A DNA stretch of 63,999 bases, the filler included, from Pelomyxa schiedti (taxonomy: Eukaryota > Protista > Evosea): the NCBI GenBank assembly GCA_020536535.1. It is 7 parts of 7 records of this genome, joined end to end, with 100 filler letters (N's around TTAATTAATTAA, not from the genome) between each part and the next. Parts side by side here need not be neighbours in the genome. Positions count along the whole stretch, not along the records: positions 1 to 16,428 come from JAHLWZ010000296.1; positions 16,529 to 35,448 come from JAHLWZ010001114.1; 5 more parts are not named here. One strand, 5' to 3'. The notes under the pieces were generated by a model. It searched no databases and was not told where the DNA came from. It worked only from the letters and a program-made list of their open reading frames with translations. Position numbers and translations under genes: made by a program. Shown one piece after another: positions 12,075 to 24,200 of this stretch (positions are counted from its first letter, which is position 1; every line of letters starts with the position of its first letter).

Positions 12075-15000
12075 ATGGGTAACACGCCCACCACAACCAC
12101 CACGACGACCCTCCCTACCCAGACGCTCCCTGGGGTTGTTGTTGGTTACGACGAGTTCCAGAGAGCAATCCGCGACCGCGACGCCTTCTTTCTGCGGCTG
12201 GGACAGTTGGCCACCCAGTCGCGGAACGACGTGCAAGACTCGTCAGAGAGCATCGTTGTGTCCACAAACTTCAGGCTTGTGGGATGCATCTCACATGGCT
12301 GCAGTGGTTCGGCCCCCCCCAAAAAAAAAATACAAACATAAACAACAACATTGACATTTTTGATTGCAGGGATTGTTTACGAAGTGAAGTGCATTGGAGA
12401 GGGGCACCCTGTGTTGTTCAGGGACCAGTCTTATGTCCTCAAGGCTCTTTTTAATTATGGCTTACTCACAACTGCAAGTGTTCAGAATGCTTCCCAAGTA
12501 TCTCTCTGCCGTTGTTTTTGTCTCTGCCTTGTCTTACTCTTTCATTTCTCAGAGTGAGTACGTTGTTGCCTCAACATTGGAGCCACACCCAAACATCAAC
12601 CGGTATTTCTGTCACTTTGTTGACCGCATCCCTGTGGAGTATTACAACCACCTCCCACCCGTGCCCAAGGAGTTTGCATTTGACAAAGTCAAGAAGAGGA
12701 TGCATGCGTGTGTGTGGGTTGTCCTTGAGCATCACTCTGAGACGTTGGGACAGTTCCTGACACACATCAAAACCACAGCTCCAAAACTTGGCCCCTGCAC
12801 AACACCGTGGCCCATTGTTCACAAGTATTCAAGGGATATCTGTGCTGCTCTTGTGCATCTTTTCGTGAATCAAACCATTCACTTTGACATCAAACTGGAC
12901 AACATCCTTGTTTCTTCGGTGTGTTGTTCCCCCCCATCCTTCTCAAAATGCTCAAGAACAATTTTTTTTCGCAAACAGAACAAAGAGCAAGTGATTCTGA
13001 TTGACTTTGGGTGTGCCACAAAAATTCCAAAAACCACCACAAGTAGAGCTTTTGAGGCTACAATGGAGTCTGTAATTTCAGCAACAGGAAACCCAAGTCA
13101 CAGAGCACCTGAGATCATCAACCGAATTGCACAATACTGGCAGAACCCTGACCAGTCTTCAACGTTGTGTTGTGACAAGGTATTTTTGATGTGAAACTTT
13201 CTGTCCCTCACATGAACGACAGCAACCATCATTTGAACTTGGGTGCATCCTGTTTGAACTTGCAATGTGTGGAAAGCACCCACTTCCAAGATACCCTGGT
13301 GGTTATGGCCCAAGCGGAAAGGTCACATTTTCGTTTGAGAGTGAGGAGCTGTTCCCCATGAAACCACCACAGTTCCCAAAGGAGTTCTGTGACCTCGTTC
13401 GTTCATTGCTGCAATTTGACCCTGCCAAGAGAATGCCACTCTTGGATGCATTTGAGGTTCTGTTGAACATTGATTCACCAAGCCCTTCTGAACTCCTCTC
13501 ATTTTACTCTTGTGTGCCTCTGACAAATGATGCAGGTTGTAATATCGCCAAAAGTGTGGACTTTTTTACTGACACTCCCTTTTCAGGAGCCCTGACAATC
13601 AAGGCAACATGTCAGATTCTTTGTGGTTCCTCCACAGGAGACTGTGTTGAAACCCTCCACAAAGCACTCCAACTTGATCCCTTCTTTTCACCTGCTTTGA
13701 TGCTTTTGCATTATCTCTCTCCTTGCCAACAGCAAACAACTGACAATTGTACTTGCTATGCAGTTCAAGCATCACTGAGAGGCAAGACAGCATCATTCAC
13801 ACCAACAGATGTGGAGTTCACAAGAGCGGTCATCAACAAGAAACACAGAAACACACTCCCTGAATTGGTGTTGACAGCACTCTGGACAAGGCACATTTCA
13901 TGTGATGCTGAAACATTCAGCAACGCCTTGTTTTTGCTTTTGAAAAAGAGCCCAACAGCAACAAGAATTCTTGATCAAGAACACCAGCAGCCAGGGGCAC
14001 AAGTTGTCATTTTTCTCAGGAGTGTAATTTACACAAGAAACGAGATGATGATGGAAGCACTTTTGAAGCTGCAAGTGGGAAACATAGACTCTGCCCTTGC
14101 TCTTGTTGCCAACGCCTTCTCTCTGTTTCAATCTGAGATGAACAGTATCAGTGCCTTTCTTCACTGTGTTTCATCCAACCAACCACAAATCAGGTGAGTC
14201 ACCACATCATGACCGTGAATACCTGCCTGGTCTGTTGTTCCTTGTTTGTCTCAGTTGTGTAATCAGTGACCACGAGTCACTTCATCAGCACATTCCAACG
14301 TGTCTGTCTCTGGCTTTCTCTCGTGCCATCTCCTTCTCAACAATGGAAATGAGAGCACATTGCATTTCCATGTTGAATGAAACCAACCAAACATCAGAAA
14401 AACAAGAATGGACTGACCTTGTGTCAACAGCAACAGGTTCAGCACTTACAGCATGCATGTACTTTGTTGCCCTGTGGAAGTTGTATTGCTGTCCATCAAC
14501 AGTTACTGACAACCAAAGATCAGTGGTACACATTTTTGTTGACATGAGTGCAAAAATGCCAGCACCAACATCAGGTGATGAACGCAGCAGAAGTGCTCCT
14601 ACCGTGGGTGAGATACACTGGTGTGTTTCCTCTGTCACATCACTGGGCCTCTGCTATGATGCTGGCGTTGGTGGTGTTGAGAAGGACAATCGCAAGGCAG
14701 TGGAACTGTACCAGAGGGCTGCTGATGCTGGTGACACCACTGCAATGTACAACCTCGCTGTGTGTTATGATAATGGTGATGGTGTTGAGAAAGACACTCA
14801 AAAGGCAGTGACACTGTACCAGAGGGCTGCTGATGCCGGTAACACCTCGGCAATGTGCAATCTTGGTGTGGGGTATGAAAATGGTTATGGCAAGGATATT
14901 AAAAAGACAGTGACACTGTATAAGAGGGCTGCCGATGCTGGTCATGCCACTGCAATGTACAATCTTGCTGTGTGTTATGAACATGGCATCGGAGTTGACA

Positions 15001-15685
15001 CAGACATTGGTATGGCAGTGACACTGTGGCAGAGAGCTGCTGATGCTGGTGATTCTGACGCAATGTTCTGCCTTGGTGTTTGCTATGAAAATGGTGATGC
15101 TCTCAGAAAGGACATTCACAAGGCAGTCATATTGTATCAGAAGGCTGCTGATGCTGGTAATGCCAAGGCAATGTACTGGCTTGGTGTGTGTTATGAAAAT
15201 GGTACTGGCGTTGAAAAGGACATTCAAAAGGCAGTGTCACTGTTCCAGAGGGCTGTTGATTCTGGTTATTATGCTGCGATGCTTCGCCTGGGTTTTTGTT
15301 ACCAAAATGGCAATGGTGTTGACAGGGATATCAACAAGGCAGTTACACTCTGGCAGAGTGCTGCTGATGCTGGGGAAACAGACGCAATGTACGTACTTGG
15401 TTGGTGTTATGCAAGTGGTGCTGGTGTTGACAAAGACATACACAATACAGTGACACTGTGGCAGAGGGCCGCTGATGCCGGCAATGCCAACGCCACGCGT
15501 AACCTTGCTATGTGTTATGACAGTGGTTATGGTGTTGACCAGGATATTCACAAGGCAGTGTCACTGTACAAGAGGGCTGCTGATGCTGGTGACGCCATGG
15601 CAATGCACAACCTTGCAGTGTGTTACGAAAATGGTGATGGTGTTGACAAGGACATCAACAAGGCACTTACACTGTTCCAGAGGGC
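12075..15685 (+). CDS. MGNT-starting protein kinase (PINK1-like motifs) fused to a C-terminal Sel1 repeat array; truncated by a gap
   Basis: KALFNYG, EPHPNI, HFDIKLDNILV, DFGCA, GNPSHRAPE; then 10 Sel1 repeats (AMYNLAVCYxNGxGVxKDxxKAVxLYxRAADAG). Confidence 0.85.
14630..15685 (+). repeat. Coding tandem array of ten ~108-nt Sel1 units
   Basis: Recurrent 'cagagggctgctgatgctggt' and 'gtgtgttatgaaaatggt' at ~108-nt period. Confidence 0.9.
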
Positions 15686-15785
15686 NNNNNNNNNNNNNNN
15701 NNNNNNNNNNNNNNNNNNNNNNNNNNNNNNNNNNNNNNNNNNNNNNNNNNNNNNNNNNNNNNNNNNNNNNNNNNNNNNNNNNNNN

Positions 15786-16428
15786 CTCATGTTAACCCTC
15801 CACCTCAGCAACATGTAGTAGGTGCACAACCACCACCCCCTCCACAACAACAACCCCAGCCGCATGCTTTCACAAGGCCACAAGGTATGTGACGTACCCA
15901 CACACACACAATACAATGACTAGCTTACACACCCACACAGGATTCTAAAAGTTGTAAACAGTATGTGCCTTTTTCCCCTCATGACCAACAAAAATCTAAA
16001 CAATTAAAAAAAAAAAAACCCCCAAAAACAACCAAACTGTGGTACACACACCACACAAAGCAAAAAACTAAAACATGAGAAGCGAACCCTCTTCTTTTCT
16101 TTTTGTGATGTCCCTCTCAGCAGGGATGATGTTCAGTGATAATGAGTGATCGTGATTGATCACTTGTTGAGTTCCTCTCATGTCCCTGGATCTCAAACGT
16201 TCAGCAGGAGAAAAATAAACATCGCACATCCACAACCTGCCCAAAGACACTGCATGTTCGAACAAATGTGGACTGCGGAGAAAAGACACTTGCGGGAAAG
16301 TGATGAAAAAGCTGCGGCCTTCGTGCTGCGATCGGTTACCGTGTTCCGAACAGGGAAGGCAGGACACGTCAACGAACACAAGGCTGCATGATCAACGCGT
16401 CTCTTCCTGGAATCCAACTTTCGGTGGT
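15786..16428 (+). other. Displaced assembly segment bridging the 6687-6786 gap
   Basis: Its start matches ~6566-6686 and its end matches 6787-~6907. Confidence 0.85.
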
Positions 16429-16528
16429 NNNNNNNNNNNNNNNNNNNNNNNNNNNNNNNNNNNNNNNNNNNNTTAATTAATTAANNNNNNNNNNNNNNNN
16501 NNNNNNNNNNNNNNNNNNNNNNNNNNNN
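16429..16528. other. Artificial scaffold-joining linker (N-TTAATTAATTAA-N); also at 35449-35548, 41827-41926, 57487-57586, 61484-61583, 62825-62924
   Basis: Same six-frame-stop spacer between N runs at six sites. Confidence 0.97.
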
Positions 16529-16962
16529 GGAACTCATCATCCAACGAGACCCCGCCGCAATGGCAGCATCGCACATCATGACATCGCTCATGAAGGCACC
16601 CACCCCTTCAATGGGAGACCTAGCGGATGTCTACATCCTCCAGTAAAATACCCCCCCATTACCAAATTACACAAATAACTCTAACCAACAACTAAATAAC
16701 TACAGGAAAATGGGCTACAAATCGTTCATGTTCAGTGACAGCCTTTCGCAGGACAAGAAAGCCTTCCCCCTCGCTGTTACGGCAATGCAGCAGTTCATTT
16801 CACGCTATGGCACCCCCACACCACCCCACCCGTCACACACCTCCACATCCTCTTCCCCTTTTGGCTACTTCTGAATTTCTACTCCTTCTTTATACAGCCA
16901 GCTCATGTGCTTCTCGAAAAAATGCTATGTTATGGTCAAAAAGTCAGTCTGAGGTTTTTTTT

Positions 16963-17003
16963 TTCGGATCCAAGGGTCGCAGGTTCGACCCGCACTGCGC
17001 GTA
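16963..17003 (+). pseudogene. 3' half of a tRNA-Arg(TCG)-like gene
   Basis: TTCGGATCCAAGGGTCGCAGGTTCGACCCGCACTGCGCGTA: anticodon loop remnant, variable loop, GGTTCGACC B-box, then a T-run; 5' half absent and T-stem mismatched. Confidence 0.55.
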
Positions 17004-17039
17004 CACTTTTTTTTATTACCGTAGCAAGTGGAGATTTGT

Positions 17040-19217
17040 TCAGCTGGTCTTGGTACCAGTAGGACCCTGGGTAAGGGTCCTGGTTGAAGTAGAGGGAGGG
17101 TGGGGCGGTGGGCCCGTGGGGGGCACATGATGATGCGCGTGGGGGTTGGGGTTAGTGGCCGGTGGTGTGGTTGGTGGCTCAGGAAGCGCAAACAACTGCT
17201 CCACCGGCGTGGCTGATGATGCTGCTGCTGCACAAGACAAAGAAGAAGGTGCAGAAGTAGTTGTTGCTGTTGATGACGATGATGAAGCCGGGATGGACGG
17301 AACAGTTGTGGTTGTGGTTGTTGTGGTGATGGAGATAGTGGATGCTTCTGAATTGGAGGGGCTGTTGTTGGAGACTGTTGCGGCGTTGGGTTGTGGTTGT
17401 GAGGGTTGTGGTGGTGGTTGGGTTATTATTATGGGTGGGGAAATTGCTTCCTCTAGTAGGGAGGTGTCTGACATCACTGAAACGTAGCTTCCTCTTTCGG
17501 TTACTACAACCCAGTTGTCATTATCATCGGGAGGAACGGGATCGGCCGATTGCCCCATGTATCTGTGCAAGAGTTGGGTTTGGTTACTTTGGTTATGGGA
17601 AGCTTACTGGGCAAAGCGTTGGGGGTCAATGGATAGGGAAGTTGCATTTACATTATCTGTGTTGGGGTGTGTGAGGTTTTGAAGACACACTAAAGATAAC
17701 TTTACTTAACAGAAAAGAGACTGCTGTTCTCAAACTTGTGAGATGGTATCCGGCTTCTCCTAACATCTTTGCGGGTCGCCGATATTTTAGAATAAATCTA
17801 AGATACGTGAGAATTGTAGGAACAGGTAGGAGGCGCACTGTATATTGGAAATGAGTGAAGGTGGGTTGCTCATTAACACTACATAAATCAGAATAGGCAA
17901 AAATTCGTCAACACTAGAGTCTCTGGAGGGTTTTAGAGTGCCTATGGTAATTTAACAAGTAGTTTTCCCTCAGTGTACAAACTATAAATCGTCTTGCAGC
18001 ACTTGGAAATGGCAATCAATTTAGATAGAGGAGTTTTCATAGAATTTAACTGAAATAAATCTGTGCGCTGTTAGTTAGGCATAAGGCATCGCAGTAATTA
18101 CTATACATTCACTGGCCTTCTGCCAAGTTGGAATGCTAATATGTGAAGGGTGAATATCGAGATGAGAAGGTTTGATGAAACTGTATTGACCAACCTAATG
18201 GGAGAGTAAGAAAAAGGGAAAGTGATTGCCTTGGTTACCAGGTCAAACAGATGTTTGTCTTGCTCTAGATCAACATTTGGGGAAAACACTCTTTTGGGCA
18301 ATGTGAGTGGAAAATGTATCAGGAACGGAAAGAAGAGCCCACTTGGCGTAGATTTTCGTTAAAATAAGTTTTTCAACGCAGTCGTATCTGTTTTATAAAT
18401 TAGCCATTCGGTGTTTGTACACGACATACACTAAATTTGCAGAGAATTTCTCAGACAAATAGATGCAGAGGTCTTCAGAGATACTCTCAATAAATTGTCT
18501 TACTGGAACCGGGTTGTCAGCATATGCCCCTTGATTGACGCTATTAACAAAGCTAGGAGTCTTTTAGATTCAGAGAGGGAAAAAAAAGTAGTCTACGCAT
18601 TGGCGGATTCCACAAAATTTACGGGAAGTACGGTAGTTAGAATATGTTCGAACTCGGTGTAAGTTGAATCCGGGATTTCGGCAAGCTGTAGCACATAGTG
18701 GGGGAAAAAAGTGAGATAACAGTTTCCACCCAACAACAAAGTAGGATTGGCCATAAATTCTACCTCCGTTTTGTCAAGCAAGGATGTCACAGGCGAAAAC
18801 ACATTGGTCAGCCACGTCACCACTGATGACGAGGAGGATCCACTGGAACCAGTCCCGGTTGTAGTCAAAGCAGCAGGCCCAACAGGAATCACAGCTGGTC
18901 CTGCTCTAGCTTGACTCTTGCCTTTTCCAATACATTAGTAAATATCGGGAGTTGAGTCTCCTCGACTTAATAAAATTCATAACCCTAAACACAAACACAT
19001 CTCATCTTATAATGGACCAATATTGCCAATATGGATAGTTTGCCAATGCAATGGGAGCTAAGGCGCGCGCACCAAGTTGGGGGGCCTGGGCCTGGGCCTG
19101 GGACTGAGACTGGGACTGGGACTGGGCGGAGGCATTGAGAGCGTCCCTGGCCGACTGCAGGGCAACCGACAACGGCGTGGCCGCACCGTCACCACCAAAC
19201 CCAATCAACCGGCTCAT
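17040..19217 (-). CDS. VPS9-domain protein (Rab5-family GEF), multi-exon, low-complexity C-terminus
   Basis: DEFLPILIYVVLMSNPPSLISNIQ / FILKYRRPAKMLGEAGYHLTSLRTAVSFL, the VPS9 core. Confidence 0.85.
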
Positions 19218-19506
19218 TCCCGAAGCGATGACTGCTACACGAAATCACAGAGCTGAAAAGTACAAGGAGAAGGAACAGCGACTGTAGATTGACAACTGGT
19301 GAAGTCAAACACACCACGACCACAAAATAGGTCGAGACATCTCATCTGGGAAGTGATGGTCATGGTATCCTTGTTTTGATGTTTGAGGGAAAAACCAAGT
19401 GAAAAACAAACAAAAGGGCACCACACTCAAGATCACGTCATAGGGATCTGGTTGTGTCGCAAAACCGCAAAACACACCACTACTGCTACCACAACAACAA
19501 ACAGAA

Positions 19507-20888
19507 ATGTCTTTTCTATACCAGTGGTTCACACGACCGGCCGACGCGACACCTTCCGGAACGCCTGTGGCCCCACCAACATCACCAAAAAGCGACGACG
19601 TTTTGGCCAAAACTGCCCCTGGCGGCTCTTCTCCTACTTCTACTGCACCTACTGTTACTGTAACTACGACAACTACTACTAGTACTAGTTCAGCCGCTTC
19701 TTCTTCTGCGAGTTCCGGGCGGCGTGGGAATGTGAGTGGAGAAGGTGGCGATTCTGCCGCACCCGTTGTGGAAGTAGCACGTCCGCTGTCAGCTGCACCT
19801 AAGTTATTTGGACACTACAAGTGCTTGTTGGTTGGGGACGGAGCGACTGGAAAGACGAGTAAAGCCCAACAAATACATTAACCCAAACACGCACAAATCT
19901 CACACACATCATGAAATCCTACCGTGGTCACATGTTTTGATTGTTTGATTTGATTGGGAGGACTGGTTGAGTGCACGCACATACATCACACCAAACTTGT
20001 GAATAAGTAATGATTTGAATGTATTGATTTATATGTGCCACACAGCCTTTGTGAAAAGGCACATGACAGGAGAATTTGTTAAGAAATATAACCGTATGTA
20101 TCTCTATTTCATATTCTCTGTCTGACTTTTGAAAGCAACACTTGGAGTTGAAGTCCACAGCCTAGTATTTGATACCAATTATGGCAGATTTCTTTTTGAT
20201 GGTTGTGCATCCCTGCGCTTTTTCCTATTTTAACTTGCATTTAGTTTGGGATACGGCTGGCCAAGTACTATTACCCTTACTTGCCACTATTTTGTTTGTG
20301 TTAACCAAATTTCCACAGGAAAAAATGGGTGGTTTGAGAGATGGCTATTACGTCAATGGACAGTGTGCTATTATTATGTTCGATATGAATGATACTGAAA
20401 CATGGAAAAACGTGCCCCGCTGGAGAAGAGATGTAGAGCGCGTCTGTATGCAGTGAATACTTTTTAGCAGGTATTAACAAAACCGCAGGTGGACAAATAC
20501 CAACCGTTATCTGTGGAAACAAAGCCGATCTACTGGATGAGGATAAACGAAAACCAACCCCAAGAGTGCCCAATAACTGTACGTTTATCCCTGTGAGCTC
20601 TTGTTTCAACTGGCACGCTGAGAAGCCCTTCCTTTGGTTCTGCCGCAAATTCTATAGGTAACATCTTCATAGCTCAAACCACACACTAACGCGGACCGCA
20701 GTACAAGCCCCAAAGCCAGCCCCAGTGATGCCAAGCTGAAGTTTGTTGAGGAGCCTGCATTGGTACCCCCAGTTCACCCACCGGCTGTTGTCGATGAGAC
20801 CAGGAAGCAACTTGACCGCATGTACCAAGACGCCAAAAACACACCACTCCCACCAAACACTGTCACAAGCCCCTCTGACGACCTATAA
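19507..20888 (+). CDS. Divergent Ran-family GTPase with ~100-aa S/T-rich N-terminal extension
   Basis: [70 protein letters not shown]. Confidence 0.88.
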
Positions 20889-21234
20889 CATACCAAGGAA
20901 GCTACTGTTTGTTTTTAAGTTGGCAGCAAAAAGAACAAAAAACGAAAATCAAACGACAACGACTGAAAGGAGACGACGCCCCCCACATCCCGGGGACCTG
21001 TACGACGAAGAGGCGGCGGCTCGAGGCCACGACCCCGCCGAGTGCCTGGTCGTGTGCCCCCGCCGCACGTTCGCGGCCATCGCGGCCGCAGCGGGTGGGG
21101 TGACCTGGGCCCAGTACCAGGCGGAGCTGCGCGGCCGCCACACGCGGCGTGGGCGGGGGCTGGGGCGCGGGCGCGGGGGGGCCGCGGACTCGGCAGATGG
21201 ACCCCCCTCGGTCCTCGCCGTCTTCGAGTCGCTG

Positions 21235-24200
21235 ATGTCCGCGTCCAACGACCTCATTGCCACGCAGCAGCAACAGCACCCCGGCTCCTCGCCCTCGCCC
21301 CCGCCCCCGGCCCCAGCGGAGCCAGCAGCGAGACTGACATTGGTGGACGCAAGCACTGGGGGACATGGGGATGTTGGGGGCGAGTCGGCGGCGGGGGCGG
21401 GGGGTCTATGCGGGAGCGAGGGGGGCGAGCAAGGAGCGGGAGAGGGAGAGGGAGAGGGAGGGGATGTTGATTCTGATGTCTCTGTGGTGAGGGTGAGGAT
21501 TAAACCAGCCCTCGCTGTCACACTCGGCGCTTCGAAAGCGAGTCCAAGTGTTGTAAGTGTCACACTATCAACAAGGTCAGTGGTGAATAGTGGTGGTTCT
21601 AACTCACCGAGTGACAATGGTGGTGGTGGCATTGATAGAAGAAGTGGTAGTGGGGGTCGCGTCATTGAAGATATTGGAACCGTGATATTGTACAATGTCC
21701 CAGACAGGTGGGTGGTTTTTGGCCATTGATTATTGGTTGTGCTCTTTGGCATTACTGTGTGGATTGTTCTGGGTTCTAATTCTTTCGTGTAGGAATGACC
21801 CACATATGTATCGGCGGGCTGTGCATTGGAAACAGGTTGTGTTGGTGGTCTACCCTGTATCAGATAGGAAATTCTTTACGGAAATTCCGAGCCTTCTTGA
21901 TTTCTTATACGGGCCACAATGGCAAAGTGGATGTGGCGATGCTGCTTACCCTCCCCCTCTGTTGATAGCTGCTTTTCCAGAAGAACAACCTAATAGCCCT
22001 ATCGTCGGCCAAACAGAATCAACCTTCCAAGTACAAATGCTAGAAGGACTTGCTCTGGCTATGGCAGTATGCGTTTTTTCTCTCAAGGCCCAGTTAACTT
22101 CCAATAAGTTTTCTGCACAAGATATTACCAAATGCTCTTCCTCCCCTTCAACTGTCCAGGATCTCTTTTCGACAGTTTGGACCCTGAGTGAGTACGAAGG
22201 AAAGCTAAAAACCACCAACTTCCATTGTCTTGTTGATGGTTGCATTCACGCTGTGCTTCTGTCACTTATGGAAATTTCTTCCCCACAACAACATTCTTGT
22301 AGAAAATCAACAGCATTTTGAATACTCATGGAATGGGATCAGGGGCAAGAGACAGAGCATAATGAAACAGAAAAAACTGAAACTCGACATAGGCAAGTAC
22401 AATCACCTATCTTGGTAGTATCTAATGAGACATAGAATTCTCTCTATTTCAATCGGAGTTATACAAGAGTATGATTTCCATACTGGAGGAAGTTCCTGAT
22501 GAAATACCCCTGAAAATTTCCCTCAAAGGTATGCTGCATACTATGCCAGCACTGGGTAACTCCAAAAAGCCAATGAAATTGACAAGTCTGATTTACATTC
22601 CATTTTTCATCATAAAAACCTCTACTCCTTACTACTGGGAGCACGATGTGCGGTTCACCATGCCGTTATTGAATATTGAAGTTCATTTTTCTATGACAGC
22701 TTTATCAGTGGCAGTAGAAGAATCGCAGTTGGGTGAGCTCATAGTTTATAATCTTACTAGTTATTCATTTCTTCGAAAACTGGCTCTCCCTGGTATTGGT
22801 TTGCCCTGAATTATTTCTCTGTTCCAACTTCTCCAGGAGTGCCTTTGAGTGAGAGTACTGTTAAATTGCTTGTCAGTGGGATTCAATCTTTGTCGCAGAA
22901 GGACTTCAAGTTAATTCTCCCAAGTCTGCTTCCTGTTCCTTAGAAAATCTAAACTTGGGGTTCAAAGATGCGCTGCCCGGGGGAAGTGAAAAATGGCTAT
23001 TAGGAATTTTGGATCACTTTTCCACTCTGGATATTTCACGTTCGCACAGCACACTCCTTTCTAGTTGTCGTAATAATTATCATTCCAGGAAACCCTCCTT
23101 GCCAGATGGATTCCCTTTCTCTGTTCATCAAGAGATTGAAGATGAACTTTTCTCTGAGGCGGTTGTACATTGATGGTGTGATGTACTTTTCTTTTATCCT
23201 CTTAATTTGGCTCAGGGAGTTATATCAATGACCAAGTGTTAGAAATACTGAAGGCTAACAGAACTCTCGAGAGACTTACCATCTTTTTTGAGGTTGATAG
23301 ACCCCAACCGTTTTTTTCTCAATGGGAAGGTTCCGCCCCTCTATTATAAACAACTATTTAGTGAGTTCTCTTGCCAAGGTTTGTTCCAAATTAATCACAT
23401 CATCACAAGCTTTGAAGTTCTTCCAAGTCGGTTTCCATTTTCTTTGTGTCTCTGACTGTTAACTTTTTCCCCATTAGTGGCTCCTCCAGTGCCGTACCTG
23501 CTCCAGTACAACATTCAGCTTGCCAGTATTGTCAGGAGCCATTACTTGTTGCACAACGGAAATCAATTGGACTTTATTAAGGCATTATGGAGTAGTGCGA
23601 AATTATGCGATCCTCTGGCCCTTGCCGTCATACTGAATACATCAAAAAAATTCATAAAAAGGTGGGCAAAACCTGCTGAGGGTAGCGAAGATATTCTAAG
23701 TATTGCCTCCAATTCTGGCACTGTGTCGCAAGCACTAGCATGCCTGTGCCCAACTGTTGCTCAAAAAGACTTCAAGGCCCCATCACTAATACAAGATGAC
23801 GAGACAAGTTTGGAACTGTTGCACACAGCTATCAGAGTTGCCGTGTCTTACGAGAAACGGAAGGAGATAGTGGAGTTACTTTTGCTCAAACAAGGAACCA
23901 GTGTCACCACGATGGGAGCATCAGCAGTACGTGAGATACTGCACCTAATTTTACACATGAAAGACGGCCCCCCACTTCGATACTTAGTGGCTATGCTTCT
24001 CCGGGAGTGGATCAAAGCAAGAAACTGGGAAGCTGTCTCGCAGGTCTGTATTGCCAGTGGTGTGAATGGGCAGGAAGTGGACCTATCATTTCTTTCTCTC
24101 GAAGAAGTTCCTGCCTCACTGCAAGGAATTACTTGCAGTTTGTTGGACCTGTCATACAACAATACTAAGGAACTCCCACAGTGGTTGCACAAAGTGAATA

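Noticed and set aside
14630-15685. Regular ~108-nt repeats resembling a CRISPR-like array
   Set aside because: In-frame coding Sel1 repeats with no unique spacers, in a eukaryotic context
16429-16528. Recurrent TTAATTAATTAA palindrome inside N runs (6 sites)
   Set aside because: Artificial contig-joining linker; adjacency across it has no biological meaning
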